A DNA stretch of 56,920 nt, filler included, from Sphacelaria rigidula (lineage: Eukaryota), in the NCBI GenBank assembly GCA_964200075.2. It is 3 parts of 3 records of this genome, joined end to end, with 100 filler letters (N's around TTAATTAATTAA, not from the genome) between each part and the next. Parts side by side here need not be neighbours in the genome. Positions count along the whole stretch, not along the records: positions 19,011 to 37,918 come from CAXNAA020000767.1; 2 more parts are not named here. The stretch is one strand, 5' to 3'. The translations under genes were made by a program, and so were the position numbers. Under the pieces are notes generated by a model. It made no database searches and was not told the origin of the DNA. It worked only from the letters and a program-made list of their open reading frames with translations. Positions 23,954 to 36,879 of this stretch are shown here, in pieces. The number at the start of each line of letters is the position of its first letter. The first letter of the stretch is position 1.

Positions 23954-26900
23954 TCGGCGACAACTATGCGGGGTGCAATTAGCCATAAGTTGGAATGTCA
24001 GCTTTACTCAGCGTTGCTTTTTCCCCTCTTCAAGAAGGAATATGGGTCACGAAAGACCTCTGTCACTGTGGCCGCACACATCAATTTATAAGAGCAGAAA
24101 GAGCAATTCACGTGTACTGTCTGTACGCTGGTCACTACGTTGAATAACACCACCCTTAATCCAATCTTGGAACCGTATTCTCTCAAAGCTACGATGGAAC
24201 TGACATGGTATCTTGCGTCGTTGGGAGATACCTCGTGGATGTTTTCCATACAAACCATTGGGAGCGAAACGTGATTGTTTTTCCAGGGGAAAAGTTAGCT
24301 TGAAAGCTGTGTCAAGTCGCCGAGGCGTGAAGTGTAAATCACGCGATATGCTACTGATGGTTCAGGATTTGAACCGGCAAGCAGGGTGTGCCGTCGTCGG
24401 TGGGAGCAGCGCTCTTAACTCTGTCTGTGTAAGTATATTTCTTATACCGTTAGCTGCATATCGCTCACCCGAGTTTGTGTTTCTGTCGTGCTTCGTCTGT
24501 AGTAGCAGGGCGCAAAACATGCAGTAGCTCACGAGTCAATTGTACTTCTACCTGTTGTCGTGCTTGTGCGTGTCTGGATCTACTATAATATTGACCAACG
24601 GGATCTGCCTGACAAAGTCAAATGTGAGTCTATACTTTAGAAACCTAGGGGGGGAAAAAACATCACCGTCGAGGATCACAGGCGCAAGTTTTGTTGGGAT
24701 GCTGGAATCGTGAGAGGGCTATACTTTGCAGCGCACGCCATATTGCGCGTGAATAGAGCACGAAAAGGTATGCCGCATGCAGTTTGTTTACCTCATGTCC
24801 GCGAGTTGCTGATCACTGCAAGTCTCTTGATTTGTCCCGGTGGTTGTGTGGGTGGGCCATATGCACAACAACCTTACTCGGCCAGGTGCGCCCGTTTGGT
24901 CAACAATAATAACTTGTTTATAGTGTAGTCGAGGGCGGTTTTTGAATATTCCAGCGTTTGGCTACAGTCAGCACGTTTTCACGGCAAGCGAGACTCCAAT
25001 GACACCCAGCAGCACAGCGATTGATCCCAACTGCGACTTCACGAATCATTGGGAAGTTCTTGTGTGGCGATCGATCTGTGCATTGCCCTCGAACAGCAAA
25101 AACCCCTCGTTAGAAAGCATCGCCGAAGTCATCGTGATCATCGCGTATGGAAAAGGCTCGCTCAGCATATAGCTGTCTGCCCACGCCCGCTGCGCTTTCG
25201 AAAGGTTCGAGGCCTGTGGGGTGCATTGAGAATTATATGCGATGCATAGTTACAGGCGAAGAGCAAGAGCACGATCCAATGCGTGTTTGACTTGGTGTGG
25301 TTGGTTGATGTTGGTTTGGTGTCCTGTAGCAGAGAGATTTGAGATTTGGAGTCAAAAACGAGTGAATCAAATCGCAAGAAATGTCCAGAGGGGCGTTGCC
25401 GTGCTGAGCCGTTTTGTTTACTCCGCGCTCTGTCTGCTCTGCCTGGCCTGTCGTTGTTCGTCGTCGTGGTCTCCAAAAAAGACACGGTTTGATGATTTTT
25501 TTCCTCGAGTGTTTTGGCGGCTTTTTTTGTTTGAATTTTATTCTGTTTTCGTATTACTACTCTATACTATACTACAGACGGTCAGGACAGCGTTCTTCCT
25601 CTCTAGCTTCTCTGCAACTGAGGACAGCACGCATGCATGCACGAACAGACAGTAGTAGTGTCCAGCCGTTCCACTATTATTGTACCGGGATAAATGGACC
25701 ACCGCCTGTACTGTGAGCGGGTTGGCGTATGTCGTATGCCGTGTATGCTACTGTCTGCGGCTCCATCCGACTCCCGCAGACATTTCGTGTTGGCCATTTT
25801 GATTTCCCCCAAGTAAAAAATGCTCCTCTTTTCCCGACGGTTTCGAAACCTTGAAAAACTGTACCGAAACTTTTGAGGATGCCACTCCACACGAACTTCG
25901 CTACTTTTATACATGATACACTCACTGCAGCAGTACTACAGTTCTGTATTGTACTACAACAGTCGGTACGACGGCTAATGAATGCATCACAATCAAATAG
26001 CCGCCAAAAAAAAGGCAGTTCACTATCGTGCGCCGGTGCGCTCATTATTTCTACTGTACTCTATAGCTCTCCTACCGCTGTTGGCACATGAGAATTGGTA
26101 CGAGACAGTGCAACACTCAGTCGGTCTGTCCCAAGTGTACTTCATGTCTGTTCTGCGCTCCAGTCTCTCGATCGGGGCGCCCTTGCACTTGAGACAGCAT
26201 GGACAGACAGAAACAAAAACAAATCAGATATGGTATAACCGCCGACAGAAGTGGTGCCGAGTCGTGTGCGCTTATGCGGTTTTTGCAGCTCGACTTTCCT
26301 CTCTCAAATCCAGTTCGTTTTTAACTGTAGTCAGCAGATTATGCGCAAGCCGTTGACGCGCATCCGGGCGAAGATCTTTCAGTACAACAGTAGTTGTTGG
26401 TCGCTGCGTTAACCGTTTGGCAGTGAGCCTCGCCTCGGAACAATTTTGGCGACGTACAATCTTGAAAATCCAGGGTTTCCAGTGAGCAGGGGAGAGGGGG
26501 TGGTTTCTGACGGGGTTAAGCGTGCCTGCTTCCAGATCAACCGAGAAGCTCATGATGCCAACCATATGGCGTGTCAGGAGGAAAATTTGAAGCCGAGAAC
26601 GATGGCCGAAGGGAAGTAATCAGTTAGATTGCTGTGATTGGTCAATTTTGCCGTTTCGTCTTGCTGCAGAACCCCTACAGAACGCACCCACCTTTCAGGC
26701 AAGTCGTATTGGATCATTCGGGTACCGACCACTCAACCGTAAAAAGCTGCAACCAACTGAGGTCTTTTTTGCTCCATGCGTCGTCTTTGCGCCGTCCATG
26801 GCCCCTCTTTGCGCGGTCAAGATATCTGCACGTGTTCTGTAGTGTGCTGTTGCGGAAACACTGAGCGGACGGAGAAACAACGTACTCGTGTAGTAGACTG

Positions 26901-27227
26901 TGTAGCGGAGAGCGATGATTTACTTATTTTTGTTGCGTCGGCGCTAACGAAGAAGAACGTTCTTGCGTGTATGATACGTTACAGCAGCAGAATTAACAGT
27001 GCACAAATCGAAAGAGTTCAGTACAACCCGCCGATACAAGTACCCAAAGCGTTATATTCTTCATGAAACGATCTGACCACGCGTGCAAAATCGAGCATGC
27101 TCGAGGTGTGGCCAGCACCGCCTCAAGAGCGCTGAGGCTGCGAAATTATCGTAGGAATAGAGTACTTGTGCTTGCAGAAATCGCAGCAGTACTCTGGTAG
27201 TGGCTGCCAGCGTACAGCAGTTGCGAA

Positions 27228-28150
27228 GCATGAAAGCATGTACTCCAGCACGCACACGGCTCAGAGAAGACATAGATACCGTGTGTGCACTGGACTTGTG
27301 GCTCAAAACCGTTCAGGGGTTCTCGAGCGGTGGTTGCTACACAGATACCGTACTCAACATCCACTTGCTGGATTTCAAGAGGCGTTTTTCTCCCTCGAAA
27401 CAACAACCATTCACTGATTTTGATCGTTTGATTGCTGTTTGACCGCGAGGGTGGGTCACCTACTGAATCGGAATCAATTTTCACTCGAAAAAAATGTGCG
27501 TGATCCTGATGGACAACCCGCACCGCGGTCCAAGCGTTAAACTAATCCACCAGGGATCCAGTCGTGATCACACGATAGACATACCCCAGACAAAACAGAA
27601 CCGAAACACTCGCTGTTCACTCGAAAAAAATGTGCGTGATCCTGATGGACAACCCGCACCGCGGTCCAAGGGTTGAACTGATGCACCAGGGATCCAGTCG
27701 TGATCACACGATAGACACACCCCGAACAAAACAGAACCGAAACACTCGCTGAAGCAAATGAAGAACAGAAGAGGTAGAGAGCATACATGGCAGACTAAGA
27801 AGAGAAGAATGAAAGCATGTACCCCTGCACGCAAAGCGCTCACAGAAGACATGCATGTCACAGAAGACATGCATGTCGTGTGGGCACTGGAGTTGTGTCT
27901 CGAAAAACGTTCAGGGGTTCTCCAGCAACGGTTGCTACACAGATACTCGACATCCATTTGTTGAATCCAAAGAGGCGTTTTCTCTTTTTAAACAAGAACT
28001 GTTGATTGATTTCGATTGGTTGTCGCACTTTGACTGATCCCCTCAGGGATCCAGTCGGGGTCATTATCCGCATGATACAATGGACGTACCTGAGACAAAA
28101 CAGAACCGGAACGCGGTGAAGGGAATCCATGAAAAACAGACAAGGTACGT
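27228..28150. repeat. Nested tandem duplications (~580-bp diverged unit plus 137-bp near-identical unit) with a piggyBac-like MITE at 27438-27536
   Basis: 27230-27437 resembles 27808-28027. 27480-27615 is repeated at 27617-27752. An 18-bp duplication cacagaagacatgcatgt starts at 27841. Confidence 0.75.
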
Positions 28151-28336
28151 AGGTCAAACAGAGTAGGCTAACAAAAAAAAAAAACTCGAAATCGCTGGCC
28201 TCCGCTACATGGCTTCCATGGAAAAGATCTTGCGCTTAAACCACACTCATTCCTAATCGTAGAAATAAGACCGTAGGAACAGATTGCGGCTCACCCTAAC
28301 GAAGGCATGCCAAGGAGCCTCGGGCTAGGAGGCGAC

Positions 28337-28760
28337 CTATAGTTTTAGTCGTATATCTATGGTTGATTTTGATTAACAAAAACGCTGCCCCTCACCCTAA
28401 CCCCGACCCAAGGCGTGCGAGACCCTCGGGCAAGGGGGCGCATAGGTTTGTTTCCCTACGCAAAGTGTGCGTTGGCAGACCTGGAATCGGCGCCGTAGGC
28501 GCCGATTTTGACAAAGACACATTCTGGACGAGTTGGGTCCACTGCTCACCTGCCGCAAACCATAATTTTCTCAGAACTTTCTCAAGTCTCAAATCAAGTA
28601 GTCATGTTGTCAACCACAGATATACGACCAAAGCTTTGGGTATACTGCGGGCAAGGGAGGTGCGAAGTGTTCCCTAGGAAAGTGTGCGATGCCAGACCTC
28701 AGATCGGCGCTCGCGGCGCCAATTTAGATAAGAGCGCGTTCTGCGCACGTAGGATCACAG
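28337..28760 (+). mobile_element. Copy of the CCCTAA-containing interspersed element
   Basis: Aligns with 21030-21350; internal subrepeat aagtgtgcg..cagacct..atcggcgc. Confidence 0.65.
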
Positions 28761-29624
28761 CCCCCATTAAATTTCCGAATCGCGGTGTCCACACTAAAAC
28801 CAAATGGGCCAACTTCAACCTACCAAGTAGTAAGCACTACTGCTTTTCACGCGGATAACGCTGCCAAAAGGGCCAAAATAGGCGCTTTTGAGCGAAAACA
28901 CTCCAGGAATTTCCACGGAGAATTTTTTATTTTTCTTCCATTTTTTACTCTGAAATCAACAGTAAAACTAGTTTGAAGCGAAAAAGGCGAAGAAAACAAA
29001 ATGCTTGCAACAGGAATCGAACCAGCGTGTTCGCGTTATAAAAATACATCGTCTTCCTCCGTCAGGAGCCATGTAAATAATAAAATTGCGGTTTTGTTGC
29101 AGCCAACAGAGAAACAGGATGGCCTGTGCCCTTTACTGTTTAGCTTCGTATGTCGGCAGTGTAACCGCCAACGCTCACGGTGGTGGAGAGGTGTTCGCGA
29201 TTGCTCAGTAGCTACCGGCAGTGTGCAAACATTACACAACCTGGATAATGTGTAGTCGATATATAGTTGCAATAGAAGATGTACTGCGTCAAGTATGGGC
29301 CGGCAATGGCAATATGCCTATACTTCACGCAGTACCTTTTTTTCAATTGTAACTATTGAGCTCATTTTGTCCAGGGTGTGGAGCATGGCCAGGAGAGGGG
29401 ACGATCTCCATGTGCGTGGTATTGGCCTGCTGTGCTGTCCCCCCCTTGTTGAAGGCGTTTCTGCTCTATATACCAATACAACAGTTCCGAATCCCCAGCG
29501 GGAAACAAGTTGAGCGGGCTGCTAGGGCATGAATACTGAAGAGTCTGGGGTGCCGATGCTACAGTAGTCTGGCCGATTGTTTTTTTTCCTTTGTCGCCGG
29601 GGCTACGAAATATTTTGTTTTTTG

Positions 29625-29968
29625 TGTGTGGTGTGCTGTCATATCAGCTATTCTGGACGCCGGTCTACACCTGTCGGTATATGTGGGCGTAACAGCCGGG
29701 GCCACACAGGAGGAAGGTCAACATAAGTTTTTCATATTTGCTTCAGTACTCCAACGTCCTTCTGCGGTGCTTGCCGTCTTTTTTTATCACGAGAAGGGTT
29801 CAGTGATCCCTTTTCCCCTCATCGATCGTTGAGTCGCATTTTGTGTACCCATGACATCGCTCCCCGCTGTTGTGCAGTGTGTGAGGAAAGTCCCAAATCG
29901 CTCCGAGATTCGAACCCACGACCCAAGCGACGGAAGGATTCGAGGTTACCAACTGAGCCACCGCGGCG
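29625..29968 (-). mobile_element. tRNA-derived SINE, family A (best-preserved copy)
   Basis: The - strand head CGCCGCGGTGGCTCAGTTGG (A box) and GGTTCGAATC (B box) is followed by a ~270-bp non-tRNA body. Confidence 0.8.
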
Positions 29969-30258
29969 TTTCTGCAGAGGTTAACCGCCTGCATATATAT
30001 ATATATATATACATACGTAAAAGTCATTGCTCTGCGCATGCTCTGCGTCATGGGCATTTCGTGTGCAGTAGGCCGCGGCCAATGGCGTTGTGGTCGTGGT
30101 GATAACAGTGAAAAATTGAGCATTTTGCCATGGCAGTACAGGATAGCAGCCGTGACGTTGCCAACAGTAGCGACACATGCATGTGTTTCAGCATGCAGCT
30201 GTTGGTGAACACCGTGGCGTATTTAGTGGGGAGTCGTACGTGCTGTTGGCGCGTTTGG

Positions 30259-30259
30259 G

Positions 30260-30296
<37 letters not shown>
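30259..30296. repeat. (GTT)n microsatellite
   Basis: About 12 GTT units; a (TA)n run also lies at 29993-30011. Confidence 0.95.
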
Positions 30297-32445
30297 CTCA
30301 CATTATCCATTTTCCGAAAATCTAGCGCCCACCGTCACAGAAGCCGTGGCACAAAAATATGAGATGCATGCAAGGAAAAGAATACCCGCGCGGACACGGA
30401 AACACACGTATCATGAGGCGCAAGGAAAGTGGAGATCCGACCCATGCCACGGCCCAGTAGCCAGCCCAGTGCTGTTGTCCCCCCTCTCTCAAGGCCGATA
30501 CAAGTCATTGTGGCTCACTTCGGCAGTCCATGCGTAACCATTCAAAATACCAAAATATCGGGTATACCCTAACCGACGTGCCCTAGGAACGAGCTTCTTT
30601 TTTATATTTTTGTGTAGGATCATCAGCTCCAGATCCTGAAAAGAACTGACAGTCCCCGAGTGTTCCCGTCGTACGCTCCACGCGTTTTCACTCAAGTCGG
30701 TCCATTCGGTGGGTTCACGACACACCTCAGGAAACCTGCCTTGGTCGTTGCATCTCCCCCCACTCGATCGCTGTTGACCATGACGCTAACATGCAGGGCG
30801 AAAGCTCCATATTTTGTCTATCACGAAAGGATCCTGAACCCGTCGGCTGTTCAATGAGGATCCGTGAACCCCCTGCAGTAGACCGTTACAAAAAGCTCCG
30901 TAATATCTGTTGCATCGTGTATGATGCCTATTATAGCCGACGTCAGCATCGCCGAGTTTGGCGGGGTTTTTTTTTTCAATTTTTCTTTTTTGTTTGTTTG
31001 TTGACGGCGGCAAAGTGACAGCAGTCTCACAATTGATTTGAGTTTTGGTCATGTAGATGTAACCCGATGATCAGCAGAGAGATCCATTGATTTATCCTAG
31101 CCTTGGAGCGTAGTACCGTAGATGGTGTACGTCATGAGTCGGTCGTCAGCTTTTTTGTACCATTCCATAGGACGCTTGGATTTCACGCGCGTGATAACTG
31201 AGTGTTGATTGATTGATTGTTGCAACTTTGGCTGACCCCCTAGGGGTCCAGCCGTGCTCGCATGATCGACATACCCAAGAAGAGCAACACTGAAAAACTC
31301 GCTGAAGAAAAAAGGAACCGAAAAAAAGTTGAACAGAACGACTTAGTAGACTAAGACGTGAAAATGGAAATATGAAAAATATTACTGTGGTTCCAAATGG
31401 GGAATACACGGATTGATGAATTTGAGTCCACGCTGCCGCTGCGTTCCCCCCCCCTCCCCCACCTCCTTCCTAACCCAAAGGTGATTAATCCAAGCTCCCT
31501 GCTGGGCGACAGATAGTCCGGAGGATACGGAGGGGGGCGTGGAGTTGTGAAACTGTAGACGTCGGTGTTGTCGCACAAATCGAGATAGGTCGTACTGCAC
31601 ACAAGGAGATCGAGAGAGGGGAAAGGGAGAGAAGAAACACAAAGAAGGGATCGCCGTATGTCGACCGCTGCAGATCAACTCGCTGCCCAGGAAGAGATCG
31701 CGCAGGCTCTTGCTAGGCAGATGGAGGGACAGCTAGCTCACGTGAGTTAGTTTGCATGTTTTGGCGGTCTCTTGACAGAGGTCAATATGTATATTTCCTC
31801 CTTTCGGAATAGTATCGCACGCTGACCTTCACCGCCCTTGGCGACAATGCGCCTGTGCATATGTGCATGTGGACGTCACTGGCCCCCAGGGGTACCCAAC
31901 CATTTTCGGAACAAAATCGATGGGTGACCCTGCAATGCCAGTAAGTACGAGTGTAACACCGATGCTGAAGCTAGAAAGAGCTCTCTGTCGGCACCCATGA
32001 TATTTCGACAATGTGTACGTGTGTTCATTCGACGTTATTTCTGACGAAGGACTATGTCGCAATCAGCCTTAGCCACTGCAGGCCAGGAGTCACCCTGCAT
32101 ATCGTGAAAAATACTCATTGTACGGAGGGGGTTACCCCTGTTTTGAGGAGGGCTACCCCCGATTATAGCATAGATGATGACGATAGTGAGTACTGCACTA
32201 AGGGGCCCTACTAATGGCAGGCCAGCCCCCTGTCACTCAATTTGAGGAAACAGTCGCTACACATGCGAGGCCTGAGGATCGGCGGAATACAGTCGTTTTG
32301 AGAAGTGGTGCCCCCCAAATGTTATAGATGTTGGCGATCGTGAGCACTGTACGAGGAGGATTTCTGCCCGTCTTTTCGCGTTTTCCCTTCATTGTCGAGA
32401 GCCTTATGAAGAGGGGAGGGAACGGTTCTTGGCCTGCCGCTGTTG

Positions 32446-32854
32446 GACCACTTTGTATGGCAACCAATCCATATTTGTACAGATATGAGGATTTCAGCCC
32501 GTTTAAATCCGATTTTCTCCCATGGATTGATTTTTTGGATCCCAGTCCGTTGGGCAATGTTTTTCGCCTAGCTCTGAGGAAATCAGACCAATTCTCCGAT
32601 TCTCTGCACGCTGACTTTTTAGTCGTCACCATTCTGCTCAGATCGGGAGTCTCCCGATCTGAGCAGAATGGTGATGAACCAAAATTCAGCGCCCAGAAAA
32701 TCGGAGAATTGATCTGGTTTCCTCAGAGCTAGGCGAAAAATATTGCCCGACGGACTGGGGTCCGAAAAATCAATCCACGGGAGAAAATCGGATTTGAGCG
32801 GGCTGAATTCCTCATATTTGTACAAATACGGATTGGTTGCCATACAAGGTGGTC
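32446..32854. repeat. 409-bp indel-free palindrome with a 1-nt spacer
   Basis: gaccactttgtatggcaacc..cagatcgggag-T(32650)-ctcccgatctg..ggttgccatacaaggtggtc; the arms are exactly symmetric around 32650. Confidence 0.95.
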
Positions 32855-34685
32855 TTCGGGCTCCCCATTAATATCGCTTTGTAAAGGATCAAATGCAGTT
32901 GTTTTGATCACACATTTTCCTTCTCCTGGTCGATCCATAAGATCTCTTGTGAAACCGGCGATGAAAATCTACATGGAATTATGCCACAGTAGGGGTGCAC
33001 AGCATTTCTCGGGTTTGCGTTGTCAACAAACGCCCTGGTAGACAACGACAAAATATGACATTGGTAAAAAGTGTACTGCGTACAGTATCGAATATTCTAT
33101 CTCTCTCACGATTTGACAAATAATCTGATAACGTAGACAGTACATTTTTTGCCAATGTTATCTGTTGACCGTGGTGTGGAATTGTCAAGAGCCTTTTTTT
33201 TTCACCCCCGAAAAACGACTGACGGATTATCGAAGAACATCCCCACGATTAGCATTCCGGTGGGCTTGGTGGGGATGTCTCGGATCACTTGAAAAACCAG
33301 AAATGGCCTCACCCGTATCCTTGTGTATGTGGCTCTTAACTTGAGGAGCCCCTCGATGAGAAACGTCTGGGCCCACAACGTGCAACCGCTACTGTGGCAT
33401 GATTCCATCGTCGGCACATACTTGGATTTGTTTAGCCTGGACCATCATGTTCGAATCTTCCCAGAGATCAGTCTCCAAGTGGTCATCCAGCATGTGTAGC
33501 ACGCGCTTTGGCTCAAATTGGCGCCGCAGGCGCCTGTGTAAGCTCCGCCGGTGCACATTTTATCAAGGTCAACGCCTAAAGGGTACATCGGCATGGCCAG
33601 CAATCGACGCGTGTCCGCGACGCCGATCCGAGAAGTAAGCGCTCGCGGTGTGCGCACACGTGTGGAATCGAGAGAGGAGAGAAAGAGCACTCGAGGACTA
33701 TTCTTATTTTGAGTCGAGTGATATAGAATCACTATTGTTATACTCGTCGGTCACCCAGATTCCTGAGATTATTTTACGGCCCCTGAGCATGCCACAATAC
33801 CGCGTGTGAATTCCGCATGTTATAACTATTTGGGGTTAGATTTGGGGTGTAACCGGGATACTTTCCCCCCCTTTCCCCCCCCCTCCAGACACCCAACTCT
33901 TTGGGTCTACCCAAAATTAGGTAGTAGTGTGTGGCCCACCCATGGATTTTTCCAACCACGACCTCGCGCACACCCTCTCATGTATGCAACTACCTGTAAC
34001 ACTCATTGATTTATTTCTCCGCGCACAATACCAGACCCCAAGCCATCAAGTTCCAGGGCTAAACGCGACCGCGGTTCTGCCGCAAGATCAGGCGGGAGGC
34101 GTTTCGCAACAGCGGACAGGGGACGGGTTGAGGGGGGCCGCGGCGTCGGCTGGGACGGGAAACGGGGGTGCGCAGGGGGGCGTGGCTGTGGGACACTCAG
34201 GACCGGAATCTGACCCGCAGACGGAAAGTGACGAAGATCCGAACGAAGGTATGATATGTGCGCAAGAAACAGGGGTGAACAAAAGGTGCAGCGCTGCGGT
34301 GGCGTTGGCCGAATTGGAGGCGTGTTCGGGATCTAGTGCGGGAGAATATTTTGGCCATTGGCGACTCCCTACGGGGGGGTCTCCGGCGGCCACTGTTGTG
34401 GATTGTATTCTGGCCGCTGAAGGGGGCCTTGTATCACCCCTTTTTTTTCATATGTTGCATCAGCCCCTTCATTTAGACCCGCGGTCGAAAAACAGAAGAT
34501 TCCCAGGCTATTCTAGTAGGCTCAACATAAATAGTGTATCACTTCTCTGGTGGAGGCGAGCGACTGCAATGGCGAGCTTTAGATGGGGAACCGTCCCATG
34601 TCACAAGAATTACATTCGTCAATGTAGTCCCTGACGTCTCGTTTTTTATTTTGGAGCATGATCATACCCTTCCGCCCTCAAGATA

Positions 34686-35217
34686 CTTCCTCTGTTCCAT
34701 AAGTAAAGGTTCCTAAATTTGTACGGGCCCTTAACGATGTCCGATCGTTTTTTTTTCATGAGCTCTACGATGTTTTTTGGGTCAAGAAGATGTGCTCACA
34801 ATTTGCAGCTCGTGCTTGAACCATGCCGCCGAACGGCTGCATAAAAAGTAGTCGGCCCAAAAAATGGCCGTTTTTTGCCCCTTTCCGAGGGGAAACAAAG
34901 TGTCGATTTTTTTTTCTTTTAATCGCGTGGGACTTCCTGGCAGCAAGCCCCAGTGAAGGCGGAGGCGATTAAAAAATAAAAATAAAAATAAAAATATAAT
35001 CGACACTTTTTTTCCCCTCGGAAAGGGGCAAAAAACGGCCATTTGGGGGCCGACTACTTTTATTGCAGTCGTTCGGCGGCATGATTCAAGCACGAGCTGC
35101 AAATTTTGAACACATTTTCCTAACCCAAAAAACACCGTAGAGTTCATGGGGAAAAAACGATCGGACATCGTCAAGGGCCCATACAAATTTAGGTACCTTC
35201 TCTTATGGGACAGGAAG
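34686..35217. mobile_element. Stowaway-like (Tc1/mariner) fold-back MITE
   Basis: TA|CTTCCTCTGTTCCATAAG..CTTATGGGACAGGAAG|TA; ~240-bp inverted arms around a short central spacer. Confidence 0.85.
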
Positions 35218-36442
35218 TATGTAAAAGGTTCTTGTGTTGTGTATGGAAGAGATGTAATGAGCACCGAAATATCGGAGGTGTCTCTATCAGGAGTAGGAAC
35301 GATTATCCGTCTTGAAAGGGATGCGTGGTCAATGGTCGAACGACTGAGGCAAGCAACAAATGAGTACGCCCCCCTCCCCCCCCCCCTCGTAATGGTGACA
35401 CACCCATCAGGGTGTGTGGAACCCGTGGTTGTCTTTGGAAGTGACGGTACCAGAAAATGCCGCGACTTATTGTAGGCTGCCATCCATTTGCAAGATATTC
35501 AGTAGGCTTTGGGCCGGACAATCTTGAGCAGGATGCAGCTCACCCTTCATGCGACTCGCCGAACACATCACGGCGCTTCGCGCTTGATGATTGTTTGTGG
35601 GCCTGGTCCGGCAAAAAACCGGCGTGCCCCGTAGGGATGCAAGGGCAGTTGTCATATGACTACGGCATGCAAGATCATAAGTACCCCCCCCCCCCCGAAA
35701 AAAGGTTTTTGCGGTGCTCCGTCTCGAAAGGGATGCGTGGTCAATGGTCAAACGGCTAAGGCAAGCAACGAATGAGTACGCCCCCAACAGGTTTTTGTGT
35801 AATGTATGGAAGAAACGTAATGAGCGCTGGAATGTTGGAGGTGTCTCTATCAGGAGTAGGACCGGTGCTCCGGCTCGAAGGGAATGCGCAGTCAATGTCC
35901 ATATGACTACAAGTATGGCATGCAAGATCATATGTACACCCCCTTTCCCCCCCCCTCGTAGTGGTGCCCAATGGTGTGTTGGGGCTCCTCTATTCATGCT
36001 CCATTGAGACCATATCGTCATCCTTTCCCCAAGGAGATTACATTGTAAAAGCTCGCCTGGTGCGCAACGTCCCTCTTCCCCCCTCATGCTTTTTTCTTTG
36101 AAATTGCAAGTTTTTCACATCTTTTTTCATACACACCCCCATCCCCCCATCCCCCCTCCTCTCGCCGAGTCTGTACGCAGCACACTTTTTGACAATGTAA
36201 CCTGTTGTCATTATCCAGGGTGTGCAACATTCGCGAAGCCGCTGTGTCGGGAAGTGCGAGTTCGGTTCCCAACAGATTCATTTGGATTTTATCCTGTCAA
36301 GTACAGTTATCTAGTTCTCATGGAAACCCGAGGTTGTGTTTCTGTATTGATAATATACCACAGTTCGGAAGAATCATCTCCGGTTCGAGTCACCAAATCC
36401 ACGGTTTTTCAGGCCTGGTTGCTCGAAAGAGAAAAAAAAGCT

Positions 36443-36879
36443 CAAGGGTCGGACAAATAATGAGTCGTCTGAAAATTACTTGATTTTAGTACGATTCATT
36501 CGACTCATACGAATCAATCCCTAGGCTTTGTTTTCAGCGTCGCAACCCAGGTATACGCAATCCAAACGGGTGGAATGGTGCAAAAGTTGCGTGGATACCC
36601 CTCGGACCAGCGGTCAACTTTTTCTCCCTTTTGGGAAATCAAGCCGAAGAAATCGTGTATTTAGTTATTCGAACCGGTGATGATTCGTCCTAACCGTGAA
36701 GAAGTTGATCGCTGGTCAAGAAGGTCTACACGCAATTTTCGCGCCACTCCACGTGCCTGGGCTGCGCGTACCTGGGTTGCAACGCTGAAAACAAAACCTA
36801 GGGATTGATTCGTTCGGTGCGAATCAATCACACTAGATCAAGTTATTTCCGGACGAATCATCGATTCGTCTGACCCTTG
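36443..36879. mobile_element. Fold-back element with long TIRs
   Basis: caagggtcggac..aatcaatccctagg.tttgttttcagcgt.gcaacccaggta is inverted against tacctgggttgcaacgctgaaaacaaaacctagggattgatt..gtctgacccttg. Confidence 0.75.

Noticed and set aside
24960..25170. Hydrophobic minus-strand peptide fragments (SQLGSIAVLLGVIGVSLAVK)
   Set aside because: Interrupted by stops, with no recognisable family or consistent exon structure.
29890..29968. tRNA genes here, at 43436, and B-box motifs near 4855 and 29013
   Set aside because: The A/B boxes continue into repetitive non-tRNA bodies and lack complete cloverleaf acceptor stems; these are SINE heads or remnants.
33927..34634. 235-aa ORF with a Gly/Ala-rich and acidic stretch
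   Set aside because: Low-complexity, with no recognisable domain or partner exons; at most an isolated exon-like relic (34057-34248) among TE debris.
34782..36087. 233-aa and 206-aa minus-strand ORFs
   Set aside because: They run through a fold-back MITE and a local duplication and have no protein-like features.
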